In this document: positions 38,250 through 52,163 of the stretch, in pieces
Layout: each line of letters opens with the position of its first letter
Position numbering within the stretch: position 1 is the stretch's first letter
Source: Camelus dromedarius
Lineage: Eukaryota
Length of the DNA stretch: 64,000 nucleotides
Assembly (NCBI RefSeq): GCF_036321535.1
Contig: NC_087436.1
Coordinates: 99,636,001 to 99,700,000, forward strand
Direction of reading: 5' to 3'
The notes under the pieces: generated by a model
What the model was told of the DNA's origin: nothing
Databases searched by the model: none
What the model saw: only the letters and a program-made list of their open reading frames with translations
Position numbers and translations under genes: made by a program

Positions 38250-39920
38250 ATCAGCATTGGATAAGATATATGAAAAAAAAATAGATTCAGACATTGGGTA
38301 ATAGGCATCAAAGAACAATGACTGTGAAAGAATAAAAACAAGCAAGTTGAGCCCTACGATTTCTTGTTTATTGTCTGGAGAGAGTTTCCAGGTCACAGAA
38401 CTGGGAGGGGTAATCCAAACAGAACCCCGAAGTCTCCTTGAATTGAGGACATAGAAGTGCGATTTTCAGGTGATGAGACATTAAGAATTTACAGGGTAGG
38501 TCCCTGTGAACTGTGAGAAGAGAGAATTGCATGGAGAAGAGAATTGCATACAGAAGGGAGAGTTGCACCAAGGGCAAGCTCTGGAGATTTCATAATACTC
38601 CCTTCTAGATGTTTGTTGAGTATTGATCAGCATATATCCATGAGTAAGTAAGCTCAAGGCAGGGGAGGGAGTATTGAGACAGGGCTGGAAATAGTCTGTG
38701 TTCCTACTATCAAGGGTAGAAAACATTTGTAATACGTGGAATATCAGGTAGAGTACTCAGAAGGCTATTGCCTCATTAGTGGGCAAAATATTAACCCAAA
38801 ACTAAAGATATTTCTTGCTCAGCCTACACAAGGATTAAAAGTAAATCTTGAAAAGATTATATTGCTTCCAAGTAACTAACCTGTGTCCCAAAAGTTAAAT
38901 GTACTTAAAAGAAAACAAAAATACCTAGCATTCACAACTGTAAGTTTTAGAACATATTTGACATTTTTAAATGTCAAATTTTTATTTGTAATTTGATGTT
39001 AAACATCCTCAGTTATTTTCTTTCTCCATATATATGCTTCTCCCTGTGACATACTGTCATATGTTCTCTTCATGTTTTTTCAGTTTATCAATAAAACTCA
39101 CACTCTTTCTCAACTGAACAGGCATAGTGTATCCCTCTAATGTAAAACTTAACTTTGTTTGCTTTGTTTTGTTTGAGGATTTTCTAAAATTTATTGAATT
39201 TCCCCCTAAAATTTTCTAGCTATAGATTCAGCTTCTGGGGTAATAGATTAAACTCCTACTAGGCTGAACCTCCCATTGATTACTACTATAAACTCTGAAC
39301 AAATTACACACACAAGAAATCACCTGGAGGTATTGGAGACCGAACAAAAGCTGGCAGTTGGCAAAAATATGACTAAATCTCTGATAAAAAGTCACCATTG
39401 TAAAGACACTGGAAAGTGGGTGGGGATTTTGGAAACATGAAAGCCAAAGATATGGAGCCTAATTTCTGTATATAAACTCTGCACAATTCTCCATCTGTCT
39501 CTGAGTCATGCATCTGCAGGACAGGTACCAGCTAAAGTTTAAAAAAATTGAACTGAGATTGAATATGTCACTCAAGATGAAGGGCATGCAGCAAGCACTT
39601 AACTTGTCTGCTTTTCAACAAAAGGGTTAGCACTCTTCTGAGGAATATAACAGAATCTACCATGTAACATTCATAGTGGTCAAGATACAATATAAAAGTA
39701 CTCAGCATATTAAGAATCAGGAAAATGTAATCCATTCTCACAAGAAAAGTCAATTAATGGGAAAAAGCAAACAAACAAGATGATCCAGATGTTGATATTA
39801 GCAGAAAAATATGTTAGAACAGCTGTTATAACTATGCTTAGTGAGGGAAAGGAAAAAAGGGCTAAATCTCAGCAGAGACACAAAAGGTATTAAAACATCC
39901 ATATTGAAAAATCTCTGAAA
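38250..39920 (+). mobile_element. Ancient L1M 5'/ORF1 fragments
   Basis: aagaatcaggaaaatgtaatccattctca...atgatccagatgttgatattagcagaaaaa...cagctgttataactatgct. Confidence 0.55.
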
Positions 39921-41345
39921 TGTCCTTGTTGTAGATTAATGAAGGACTGTAAAAGCAAATATTGAATAAGCCTTTTTTATGTCTGTAGGTTACTTATACT
40001 TGAAGAAGGAAACTATATACAGTTATTTTTAGATAATCCTCTTAACAACAAAAAAAGATACAACAAATTATATGTTATAGAAATTCTTTAGCAAGCTAGA
40101 ATTTTCATTACAAATACTTTACTTTTTGAAATACTTCTGTTATTTGGCAATAATAAACACTGTTTCTTTCTATATCATGATACTTACTGAATGCCAGATG
40201 ATCTCTTGCTAAGGTATAAGGGGATAAAAATCATTTCCATCTTCCAGGAGTGATTTATACAGTAATATTTTTATGGTAATCATGATGATGAATAAATGTC
40301 AATGATGAATAAATGAACAAGTGAATGAGTGAGTGAATGAATAATCAATTCTGTCTGTTATTAAGAGGAGTATATAATGTAGAAATAAGATCTGTGATTT
40401 TATCAAAACTCTAGAATATTAAAACAGTGAATCACATATTGAATTTGATTAAAAGAATATGTAAGCATAAAAATCAAAAACAGAGCTTTGAATGACAGCA
40501 TTGATTTTTCTGTATCTTCACTGAGAAACAGAAATTGTATCAGTGAAATAACTAGTTAAATATTCTATTTAACAAAATGGAAAGGATAATCATAGTGGTG
40601 TTATCATAGATCTATAATGGCCAGTACGCTAATAAATACTATTTCATAATGTCAAAAATAAGGTGCTTTAAAGTGCCACATAAGATATCTTAAAATCATC
40701 TGTCTACTATGGAAGAAAAGATTTGTAGACTTAGGTATAGAATGATATTGAATTACATCTGAAATAAATGAAAATATTCCCATTTGTAAAATTATGTATG
40801 CAAGGACATTAATAACAGTATATAGTAATAATACTGAAAATGATTGAAATTATTTTTAAATCACAGGAAAATATAATCAAACCTCAGTAAAACGTGATTA
40901 TTTATTTCAAAATTTTACACTTTCTGTTAGCCTAGGAGGCATTATTTTCTGAAAAGCTCAATAATTTGTTGCAAATTGTCCCAAACACAAATCTAGCTAA
41001 TTTTTGGCTTTGGTTGGTTAAACTGCAATAGTTAATGAAATGCTAATCCCAAAGCTTTCATCAGGCCAATTTCTATGTAACTCCCTGATTTGAAAAATTG
41101 GCATAGTAATGCCTCACCATAGGGAAAAATTATATAACTAAGATTAAAGATTTTAACTGTTCCATTTTGAGCTTAATCTTTTTACATAATACCTTTTTTA
41201 AAATTGACTGACACATTTATATTTGCCAAAGAGTTATTTACCAACTACTATGTGTTGGGCATTATTCTAGGGGCATGATGAAAAAAAGTCTTTGACCTTA
41301 AGTACCATACATTTTAATAAGTGGAAAAGAACAATAAAGAGCAAG

Positions 41346-41388
<43 letters not shown>
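41346..41388. repeat. (CT)n(CA)n microsatellite
   Basis: Directly visible. Confidence 0.9.
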
Positions 41389-41390
<2 letters not shown>

Positions 41391-44300
41391 TGCTCTTGAT
41401 TGCATATGTATACTATATATATGCTTTATTGTAAATATTTAGAGCAATTGCTATAAACAAGATAGCATTGGAAAGGCATTCTAATACATCTTTCAGTTTT
41501 TGACAGATGTTTAGACAAAACACAGACTAATTTATTTGAATGATTTGATGAAAAGAGAGTGGGTGTACATTATACTTTGAAAATGGAAAAATTAGCTCTT
41601 CTTCAAGGTCTCACTGAAGTAGGTATATAGATAGATAGATAGGGATAGATATTTAGATAGCTAGAGATAGCACAGAAAAGTTTTCAATAAATTCCTCATG
41701 GGAGTAATAGTGTGTATGGTAAAACAACTACCAGTATAAAATTTTTAAAAAATGGGGGACTTCAGAAAGTCATTTTTCCCTGGCAGCAAAGAGAAAATTA
41801 AAATTTCAGTTAAACTATAGTTAAGAAAAAAATAAGAAAATATTGTATATTGGTAGTTCATGTTTTAAGCACCTATAATTAAGATGTCACTATTATAATT
41901 TTTACCTTTTGCCAAAAATACCAAATTTCAAACTTATGAACATCCACTAAGTCAGTAATTGTGAAAATTAAAAGGAAATATATAGAAAAGTGAGAACATG
42001 GCTTGACATATATTATGGATAAAATAAATGGTTGTTGTGTCTTTATTATCAATGCTATTAATGAACATCAATGAGTGTTTTATTGGAACTTGAAGTATCT
42101 CCATGCTATCCAGATGACTATACTGAGCAGAGTTATATGTGTGGTCAAAACCATAAGCGTGAATGAAATTGTCCCGTAAAATTACATGTAATAAGAAGAA
42201 ACCAAAGGAATATCAACAACTTAAAGAATGGACAGAGGAGAAAGACACTGAGTAGCAGACTGAGAAGTAAGAGCCAGAACAGAGCACAAACACAATCCTA
42301 TGTCCGCCATGGTAAACACAAGCCACACATCTTGAGTGCTGAACCCTGCCCCTGAAGCAAAGTCCAGTAATTTAAAAGATCTACTGGCTTGCCAATCAGG
42401 AGGATATTGGTGACTCTTGACAGCAGAGTTTCACTCATATGGTAGAGGAAGAGGCCAGCCTACAGTGGATTGAGAATGAAAAGAAGTAAGAAAAATAAAA
42501 AAAATAGAAAGAAGTAGCAAAGTGGTTTTAAGTTATATATCAAGAAGATTGGCTGAATAAGGAAAGAGACCGCACACAAATGAAAGAAGATACAGATTCA
42601 AAGAAGGATTTTTTGTTAGACTTCTCATTGTTTATTGCTGTTTTGTCTTTTTTTAAAAAAATTAAATTCTCTAAAGTATTTTTACTGGTTTAGAAGATTG
42701 AGTAGAAATAAAGACATTCTTCAGTAACAGAGAAGAGCTAATGGTTGGGGTTATCAATGTGTATCTATAGGATGAAGAAGAATTGTATTTGAATAATGCA
42801 AAAAGTTTCCATCAGAAAGATTAAAATGATGTTTTTGTGTAACTTGTCTGACTTGTCAAAAAGCTATAGTAAATTTGTTATTAGGGTATAAATATTTTCT
42901 TTACTGTAGAATGTATCATACCTAAATGCCAAATTCACTAAGAGCAAACATGTTTTGTCCCTGTTTTAAGGACAGTAAACAAACACTGAGTTCACACCTT
43001 TTTTTCCAGCAAATTTTAGGAATTCCCAAATTTGAAAAATGTTAATCACACATCAACACTGTTTATTCACAATAATCTATGAATGTTATATGAAATTTAA
43101 ATAAATTGTTAATGGTTTAGTGGACACTGTAGTATTTAGCAGCTAAACAGTGCAGCTAGTAAAAACCCAAGTTGTGTTCTTTTAACTAGAATTTATTATC
43201 ACTGAAAACTTGGATGAGTTGTGAAATATTTCTCTGTCATCTTTTGAAATTAATGTACATTTGAATAGAAGTATAGTAACCACCTTTCTTTGCTTACTAC
43301 ATGTCACCTACTGGCATTGCTGACTTGAGAATCAAGTAACCAGGCAGATGTCAGTCTAAATTTTACAGTATTTAAAGTATCTACTAGCACCAAATTATCA
43401 CCCAGAGAATGAAACATGTATAAAATTCTCACATTATATTACCTTCAATCTGACATGGGAGACCCAACAAAGTCACTGAGCAGAATCTCGTCTTCATTAC
43501 CAACTCAGGGCTGTGACTTCTACCCCCAAAATTATAATAATAAAAGAGTTGATGGAATGATTTTTTTCTGTTTCAATTCAGTTTATTTTTTCAGTCTGCC
43601 CCAAAGAGGGAAAAAGAACCACGTTAAAGAGAAAGCTGTTTTAGCAGATATTTTACTCTTTAATATTAGATAAGTGGGAGATAGAATTTTAATTAAACTC
43701 TCCCTATCCTCATCAGATTAACAGTGTTTAAAGCCGGCTTATTTGTTGGAAAGGTCTGTTTTAGCTTTTTTGGATTACTCTCAATTATTTTCATTAGCAA
43801 AATCTTTAATCTGTTCTTCATTACAAATGGAAGGGAAGAGATTCACATCTATTGGATCTGAGATACAATCTTGGGCTTAAGCTGCTTGGTGAATTATTTA
43901 AGCACAAGCATATTAGAAAATTTAAAGGCCCAGAGTCCTAGAACCACGATTGATGTGTTCTGATTAAACATTTTTTTATAACATTAGTCCTATATAATAT
44001 AGCGTGTAGCAGGAGAGTGAGAATGTATATTTATGTGTGTGTGAAATGGCTCTGGGTATATTTTCTGATACTGTGTCTTGCCAAGTCTATAAATTTATAC
44101 ATATTTTAGTAAACCATTCCATAAAGGATTACCTTTACAGAAATAACTAAATTTGGGAAGCATGTGGTATGTTTTTTATTATTTTTACATATAATTCAAA
44201 CATTATGAGCTCCTTCATTTTAATTTTCCCCCTAAGAAAATTATCTAGTCAATTGTCCATAAATTATTTTGCAAATCCTAAATTACAATTCACTGTATAA

Positions 44301-46959
44301 TACACTCTGAATTGTTCCCTTTTATAATAAGTACTTGTTCCATGATAAATTTTCCAAATGTTTATGCAGCCTACTGAAAACTCCTGTTGTGTCAGCTTCC
44401 ATGACTGAAGCTAGAAACTTTTCCCTCAAAGAATTGAGTCTAAGGATTTCTGGATTGAATATGGAATTGAGAATCTTGTATTTGGATCCTTTTTTTGTTT
44501 GCTTGCTTTCGTGTTGCATGTTTTGGGGAAGCCACTTCCCTTCTCTAAGCTTGTGATTCATCATTTTAAAATGAATACAAAGACCCACTTTGTTTATAGG
44601 AGTGTTTCAAAGAGTCAATCTGGAAGAAAACGGCTTAAAACTCTTAAAAATAGTGCTTTAAAATGAATATCCCGAGAGAATTTTCATGATTTTATTTGAT
44701 GTGTTTTGAACATATATTTTAACGGGTATCTGACCGGGAAAAGTATTCTTATTTCAGTTTCTAAAAGGTGCCGAGTACATATGAAATGGTAAAACACTAC
44801 TGTAAAAATTTTGTTAGTAATGATTTATGTCTATTGACTTGGCTGACTCAGAAATACAGGACATGTAAAAACATCAATATCTACAAGATGCTGAAAAACC
44901 TACCTAATTTAATCACTTGAGTGGATCGAATTTTTCATGAAAATCTAAGAGGGCTTTAAAAAAAAAACTATTTTCCCTCCTATCCCACTACACTCTTATC
45001 AGATATGTTCTGTTTTCTCTGTTTTGTTACCCTTTCTTTGTTGTTCCACACGCCAAGTGTGCAACTGTGGGCGAATTAGTTCCTATTGTTGTGTTTCTCT
45101 AGCCTCATGTGTGCAATGGGGATAATCGTTTTACTTCATAGACTTGTTTTGAGCAATAGGTAAATTAGTATCAAAGAGCAGTTAGAACAGCACCTGGCAA
45201 GAATGAGTTCTTAATAATTTTCTGATAAATATTTGTAAATCAACCATCATTTATTACATTTTGTGTGTTTGTACCATCACTTTAACTTACTAATTATATG
45301 AACCACTTTATTTCTTAGAGATATATGAGAAACTTTCTTTAAGAAATGTCCATGCATGTCTTACTCTAACAACATGTTTTATTCTGTTTCCTTAGGCAGT
45401 CATCACATTTTTATGTACCTTACTATGTATATGCTACTCACTTGCCAATAATGAATTATTCTGTGCTCTGAGCAGTACAGATATCAGAATATTCATGTAG
45501 GAAATGATTTATTCCAGTTCAAGTCTCCGTTTCCCCTAGCTCTTACTGCAATGTCTTCAGCACAGTAGATTCTGAAATCTTGCCTGTAAGATTTTGAATG
45601 AGATCACATGCATAAAAAATTGATGTGATTATTCTGATAACAAAAAACAATACCAGGAACATATTTTGTTCTCATTTTTTTTTAAGGAGATTTTCAGCAA
45701 GGAAAAATCCTAATGAGCATTTCCTACCTTAAATAAATTGAATTATGGGATGGCATATTTTTCTTTTAATGAGAGGCCCATTAAAAAAAACACATTTAAC
45801 CCCAAATTCCAAATCAAATAATGTTTATTATTTAATCTGCTGAGAAATTTAAAGTCATAATTATATCCTGTTTTATTTTGATGGATTTTCACTTTTTCTT
45901 ATTTGTATATCTTAAGTCTTTTTAACAATGAACAGTTTAAGGAGTTCATTAATATGTCTGTCTTTCGTTTCTTTTTTAATTTGGCCTACTAATAACATTT
46001 TTTTTCTGTATTAGTCTAACCTAATCTGTGGTTAATTGATTTTCTCACTTTAGCTGACTATCCTGAGAATTTATTTTACAATTTCCACAGACCAGGAACA
46101 TAGTCACTCAGTACATAATTGCTGAGCAAGTTATTGTGCAAAAATTGAAGCCAATGAACTCTTAACAGATTTTACATCATGAGCTATAAGAGCCAGTACT
46201 GTTGTAGTCTCTATCCCAAAGGAAGTTCCTTGAATTTTTCTGACCTAGTTCAGCATTTGAGACCAAGTTCACTTTTTTTTTTCCTTTACCATAGTACGTT
46301 CCTCTGAGAAGGATCTATAGGTAACCACTTTTATAGTTTCAGCATTGTCATATTTAGTGAATCATCTTACTCCAGCTTTTTTTCTTTTGTCCATTATCAG
46401 ACAGGCAAAGCAACACAGATCCGTAAACATCCCATTTCTTTCTAATAAATACAAACCAAGTCAATGTGATTTTCATCAGTTTTGCAGCTGCATAGCAAAT
46501 TCATTAGTCGATTTTTCTCAGTGATCTTGTGTTTTGCTGTATACTCATCTGAAACTTAGCTCTAGATTTGTTTTCCATGTTTAAGATAGCTAAACTACAT
46601 GTTGTTTTTTCTCTAATTATAACTGACTTTAAATGCTTTTTCTCACCATCACTATATTATCATGACCAGGAGGTGAGGAGGGCTCCCAAAACTTAATCAG
46701 GAGAGGTTCTTGATATAAAGACTGTTGGAACCTTTATAACTGTTCAACCCTTAACTGTGTTCTTGACTCACCACACTCTTAAAGCTGCAAGAATGTGAAT
46801 GTTTCTGTAGCCCTCCCCATACTATTTTATCCCCTCATTTACTCTCATAGTCTGGCTGATTTGTAAACATTTCTTAAATTTACTAACATAGCCCATGTTT
46901 TTCTACTAACTGAAATTCTTCCTGCAATGAAAGAGATGTCCCTTTATGACCTTTACTGC

Positions 46960-47411
46960 CTATAGTGGATTGAATTATGTTCCCTCAAAAGATATGTCCA
47001 CCAGGAAACTGTGAATGTGACTTTACTTATAAAGATGGCCTTTGCCGATGTAGCTAAACCAAGGTACTTGAGATGAGATCATCCTATATAGGGTGGGACA
47101 TAAATCCAATGACAGCTGTCCTTACAAGAGAGAGGCAAAGGGAGATTTGAGACCCAGAGACATGGGATAAGGCCATGTAAAGACAGAAGTAGAGATGAGA
47201 CTTATGCTAACACAAGCCAAGGAATATGTGAAGCTATTAGAAGCTGGAAGAGGCCAGGATGGATTCTCTCCCAGGGCCTTTGAAGGGAGTGTGGCCCTGA
47301 CAGCACCTTGATTTTGAACTTCTGGGCTTCTTTGGAACTGTAAAAAGATACATTTCCATATTTTTAGTTCACCAAGTTTGTATTGCACAGCTGCCCTAGG
47401 ACTCTAATACT
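46960..47411 (+). mobile_element. MaLR MLT1 (MLT1C-like) solo LTR
   Basis: gtggattgaattatgttccctcaaaagatatgtcca...gaagctggaagaggccaggatggattctc...ctaggactctaatac. Confidence 0.85.
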
Positions 47412-50259
47412 CTGTTAATTGATGTGAAGATTCTTGGAATGATTGTGATTGAATATATGTATCAGTGATAAAAAGGATAATGATGATCAAAATGTAGACC
47501 ATGATTTTGGACAAAGAACTATTTCTGAAATGACTTCTGTATGTTTAATATTCAGTTATTTGGCTGTTACAACTGAGCAAGAAATATCTTTAGTCTGGGG
47601 TGAATATTTTGCCGACTAATGAGGCAGTAGCCTTCTGAGTACTCTATCTGATATCCCATGTATTTATTATATTTACATATTTATTGAACCATTTTTTACT
47701 GGAAAAATTTATATTACATGAATTCTAGACTGGAACAGAAAAATTCAAGGATGTCATAAAGAAGATAGGAAATTTGACAAAGTAGGCTCCTGTAGCTCAT
47801 CTAAAACCTGTTGAAAATGCGGTTGTAAAAATTCTTCACTCAATGCTTTACTCAACAAATATATATTGAAAAACTATGTTGTTGGTCTGTAGATCTTTAT
47901 GGCCAAATTTTTATGATAGTTGGATGAAATGAGAAAATCAGTTCTGAGTTTTGGAAAGAAGAATGGCTCCACAGAGTATGTATTGGTTTATCATCATTTA
48001 ATCTGTGAGTTATATATGTGGGACAGAGACATCCCTTTAAAAAGATACACGCTTTTACAATACAACAAAACATCCCATCCTACTGCAAACAGTCAAACAT
48101 ATATTAGCACTACACATCTAGGCAAAAGATCATCAACCAGGCATCATTTCATTTGAATATTCTCAAGTACATTTTCATGCTTGCCCTGGGTAGCCAAATG
48201 CCTTCTGAATAAACATAATCCACTTTAGAACCATCACAATTGGTGATTCGCAATTTGGATTTTTATGCTTATGCTTGTATATCACCCGTTAACGATTACA
48301 GATCATTGAGATTTATCAATTGTATACATCCTCTTGAATTCACTGGGAAATCTGTTGCCTCATGCTAAGTTTGGGACACAAGCAAGGTCTTTTATTGTCC
48401 AAATGAGGGGAGAGATGCTTTTACACATACAAAACAGGAGTTTTAGCCACTGCCCTGTATTTTGACTGTGAAATGTTAGTCTGTTTGCTGTTGATAGAGA
48501 TTATGGCAGAGAGAGCCAGGGCAGTTACAGTTAGGTCCTGACACCCTGGCATGCAGCCTGGCTGCACATTGCAGGGCTTTAAATCTGCCTGTCAGGAGAT
48601 GGGACACCAAGGTAACAACTGCCAGTTAAATCAAATTGCTTTGAGTAAATTGGACAAATTTTGTTAGCCTCTTGCCTATTCTGGCCCAGAGCCACATCAG
48701 CAAGGGCAATGATGTTAAGTTTGGGATTGAACTTGTGGCTGAACAAAACTAATTCAGTAGATGCTTCCAGCAACTGTGTTAGGCTGATTAAAAGCAGCTC
48801 CATGGTCAACTCAAATTGTTTTATATATTGATGTTTTGTTGTCACCAAATGAGTTGTCGTTTCCTGGAGAAGGGGTTAGAGGTTCAAATAGCAGTGCTTC
48901 ATTTGGGGTGTTGAGCAGAGTGCTAGACACATAAAAATACTCAATTTCTGTGGCTTCAACAGAATTGAATTAAATTGATTCTTTAATTTAAACAAGATTT
49001 GTTGATTCAGACTTTCTCTTTAATTATAAAACCCAACTAAATAATATGATATATATATATATTTTTCCCCCTTAATTTACAGTCATTTAGCAATCTGGCA
49101 TGCCCTTTACCAATTGAGCTGCCAAAATCCTTAAAAATTTAAGCCATGCCAGAAGAATCAACTCCATTAGTATATTCTTACTGTTATGATAAAATTCCTT
49201 CTGGCAAGAAGAGAACAGGACTAAAATGTGCTTCTTCTTCTTTATCACTTAAACATCACAGGTTAGAGATGTCAGCTTATTACTCATGATATATGGAACA
49301 AAGTTTGACTAATCGGTCAGTTATTAATGAAATTGGTAGATGCAGTGTCAGCTGTTCGTATATTCACTTATTTCTACAGAAATTACCAAGAACTTCTAAA
49401 TTATATTTATATTTAATTATTTTAAAGCTAGTTACATAGTAAAGGAGCCAAAATTCACTTATCTTTTCCATCAATCCCTACCCTCTTCTTTCAATCAGTC
49501 TATGTAGTTAGAAATGAAATCTAAAAAGAGGCCCTAATGATGAGAATGTTATTCATACATACCACTCACACTCATGCATGGAGGCAAAAAAAAAAAATGA
49601 TGTTTGGAACAAAACCACAACAATAAGTCAAGTTAATTTCCTCAAAAAAATATGGTCTAAAGTGTTCCTCTTCAAGATTTTAGAAAAGACTTCCTTTCCT
49701 TGATTACTTTCACATCCATGCTATTAATCTCATGTACATTTTTAACACTTTATTAAATTTTATTATACTTATTAGATTTAAAAGAAAATGAGTCAACCCA
49801 ATACCCTATACCTAGCATAAAGTTAATGTTGAAAGAAAGAACATGGAAGAGGACCTATCAGTTACGGCATTGGAAATGTCATTCCAGACATGGGGTAAGT
49901 ATTTACAGAAGCATGTATAACTCAAATAAGTGGTTTTGTGAAATTGGTGGTATCACCAAGTGTATTAGGCTGCATGCTGAGGCTTTTCAAGTGACTAACT
50001 CTCTCTCTGTCTCTGCCAATTTAAGAAAAAATAGACCCTTCTTAGAGGCAATTTCTGTATTTAAGGTAAAAATTTCAACCACAAACTTTATGATTTTTTA
50101 AATACCATAGAAATGACCAAAATCCAGAAGTAGGACTGTGTAATTAATAGGTTATTTACTAATCCATCTTGACATAAAATCTGGTTTTTGTGAATCAGTT
50201 CATATAAATGAAAGGATATGGAAGATGACATCATTGTGGAAAAATTTTAATTGCCAAGT

Positions 50260-50920
50260 GTAGCCAAAATTTTCTGAAGAATAAAAAATGAGAGTAGAAA
50301 ATTGCCTTGGCAGATATAAAAAACTTACTACAAAGATTTATTAAGTGACATGGTGCTGGAATAGTAAAAAAAGATAGAACAAGTAGAGAATCCAGAAAAG
50401 TTCCCCAAATATATGGCACTTTGATATATGACATAGGTACCATTGCAAATCATTGGAAAAATAAGATCCCTTCAAGAAATGAGGCTAGAAAAAATGATTA
50501 TCAATGTGCAATAAAGTAAAAACAGACTTCTAAGTCTAAGCACCCACACAAATTAAGTCCAGAAAAATAAAAAATACCAAATCTTTGAGACACTGAAATG
50601 AATGGAACTGTCTTTCCAAAGAATAAAAAAAGTATCTTAAGATAAAAAAGATGCAATGATCAATCAAGAAAATTAATAAATTTGATACACTGAAAGAAAA
50701 AAAGGCCTTAATAAAATTAAAGTATAAGCTACAAAATTCAAGGAGACATTTGAAAAATGATCTAAACAACAGAAACAGTAGAAGGAATAGATAAAATGCT
50801 TATAGAAACAGAAAATTTAGTAGAAAAAAGGTAAAAAAGAGAGGAATCAATTATCACTAATAATCATAGTATGTAGAGATTCCTAAGACATTTGTAATCA
50901 GAGAAATTGAATCAAAAACC
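50260..50920 (+). mobile_element. Highly degraded L1 ORF2 fragment
   Basis: A-rich; ccttggcagatataaaaaacttactacaaag...agagaatccagaaa...atatatggcactttgatatatgaca. Confidence 0.55.
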
Positions 50921-50924
50921 ATAA

Positions 50925-51210
50925 GTAGATCTAAAAAATACAACAAACTGGTGAATATAACAAAAAAGAAGCAGAGCCAGATATAGAGAACAAAGTAGTG
51001 TTATCAGTATAGGGGTGGGAGGTTAAGAGGTACAAACTATTATGTTTAAAATAAGCTACAAGGATATGTTATACAACACAGGGAATACAGCCAATATTGT
51101 ATAGTAACTGTAAATAGAGTATAACCGTTACAAATTTTGAATCACTATATTGTACACTTGTAACTTACATAATATTGTACATCAACTATCCTTCAATTAA
51201 AAAAAAGACA
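50925..51210 (+). mobile_element. Cetartiodactyl-type L1 3' end
   Basis: aaataagctacaaggatatgttatacaacacagggaatacagccaatatt...catcaactatccttcaattaaaaaaa. Confidence 0.85.
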
Positions 51211-51437
51211 ATAAAACCTGAGAATTTTAAGTTAAAAAAAAGACCACAAATGATTGTTTTTTCATTTAATAAATATATTGTTGAATAAATATATTTTTAG
51301 TGATGTGTATTGACAGGGAGTGAACTAAAATTTCCAATTACATAAACCCAATTACAGTATTGTGACAAAAATTTAAGATTTTTAACATAGAACAAATCGC
51401 TTAATTTGCAGCCAGTTTATAAACACTGATTAGTTTG

Positions 51438-52163
51438 CATGGCACACAGGCCCCAAATTTACCCTCAGTGATTCCCTGCCTCCTGATGTCCAGATCTTTG
51501 TTTAATCCCCTCCATCCTGAGTGGTCAAGATGTCTGTTATTGGCTTTTAGCTGAGAGAATATGGCGAACATGGTGGATGCCATTCCCATGATTAAAGTCT
51601 GTTATATGGCAGAGGTAATGGATGTTACTCCATTGATTAGATTATGCTATATGGCAAGCTGAAGAGATTATGGATATGTAGTTAAGATCACAATGCAGTT
51701 AATTTTGAATTAATCAAATGCAACGTTATTTAAGGGTGCCTGACTGCACAGGTAAGAGCACTTTAATGAGGGACTAGGCTCTCCTGAGGTCAGACATCCT
51801 CCTTGCTGGCCTTGAAGGGGCAGACTACCTTAATTGAAACTGTCAATGGGTAAGGCCATCTGTTGGGTTACTCTGGGTGTCCTCCAGAACAGGAGAGCAG
51901 ACTTTAACCACAGTCAATAAGAAGTGGGAGCCCTCAGACATACTGCTATAAGGAAATTAACTTGACCATCATTCTTCATGCAATTAGAAGTAGATTCTTC
52001 CCCAGATAAGCCACCAGATGAGAACTCAGTCCAACCTTATGGAGTCCCTGATCAGAGGACCTAACTAATCTGTGCTCAGACCCCTGACAGCAACTCTAGC
52101 AAATACATTGTTTTAAGGCACTATATATGGGGTTATTTGTTTGAAACATAGAAAAGTAATACA
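51438..52163 (+). mobile_element. MaLR MLT1 (MLT1E-like) solo LTR
   Basis: gtgattccctgcctcctg...ttgctggccttgaagg...tagaagtagattcttcccc...agaaaagtaataca. Confidence 0.75.
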
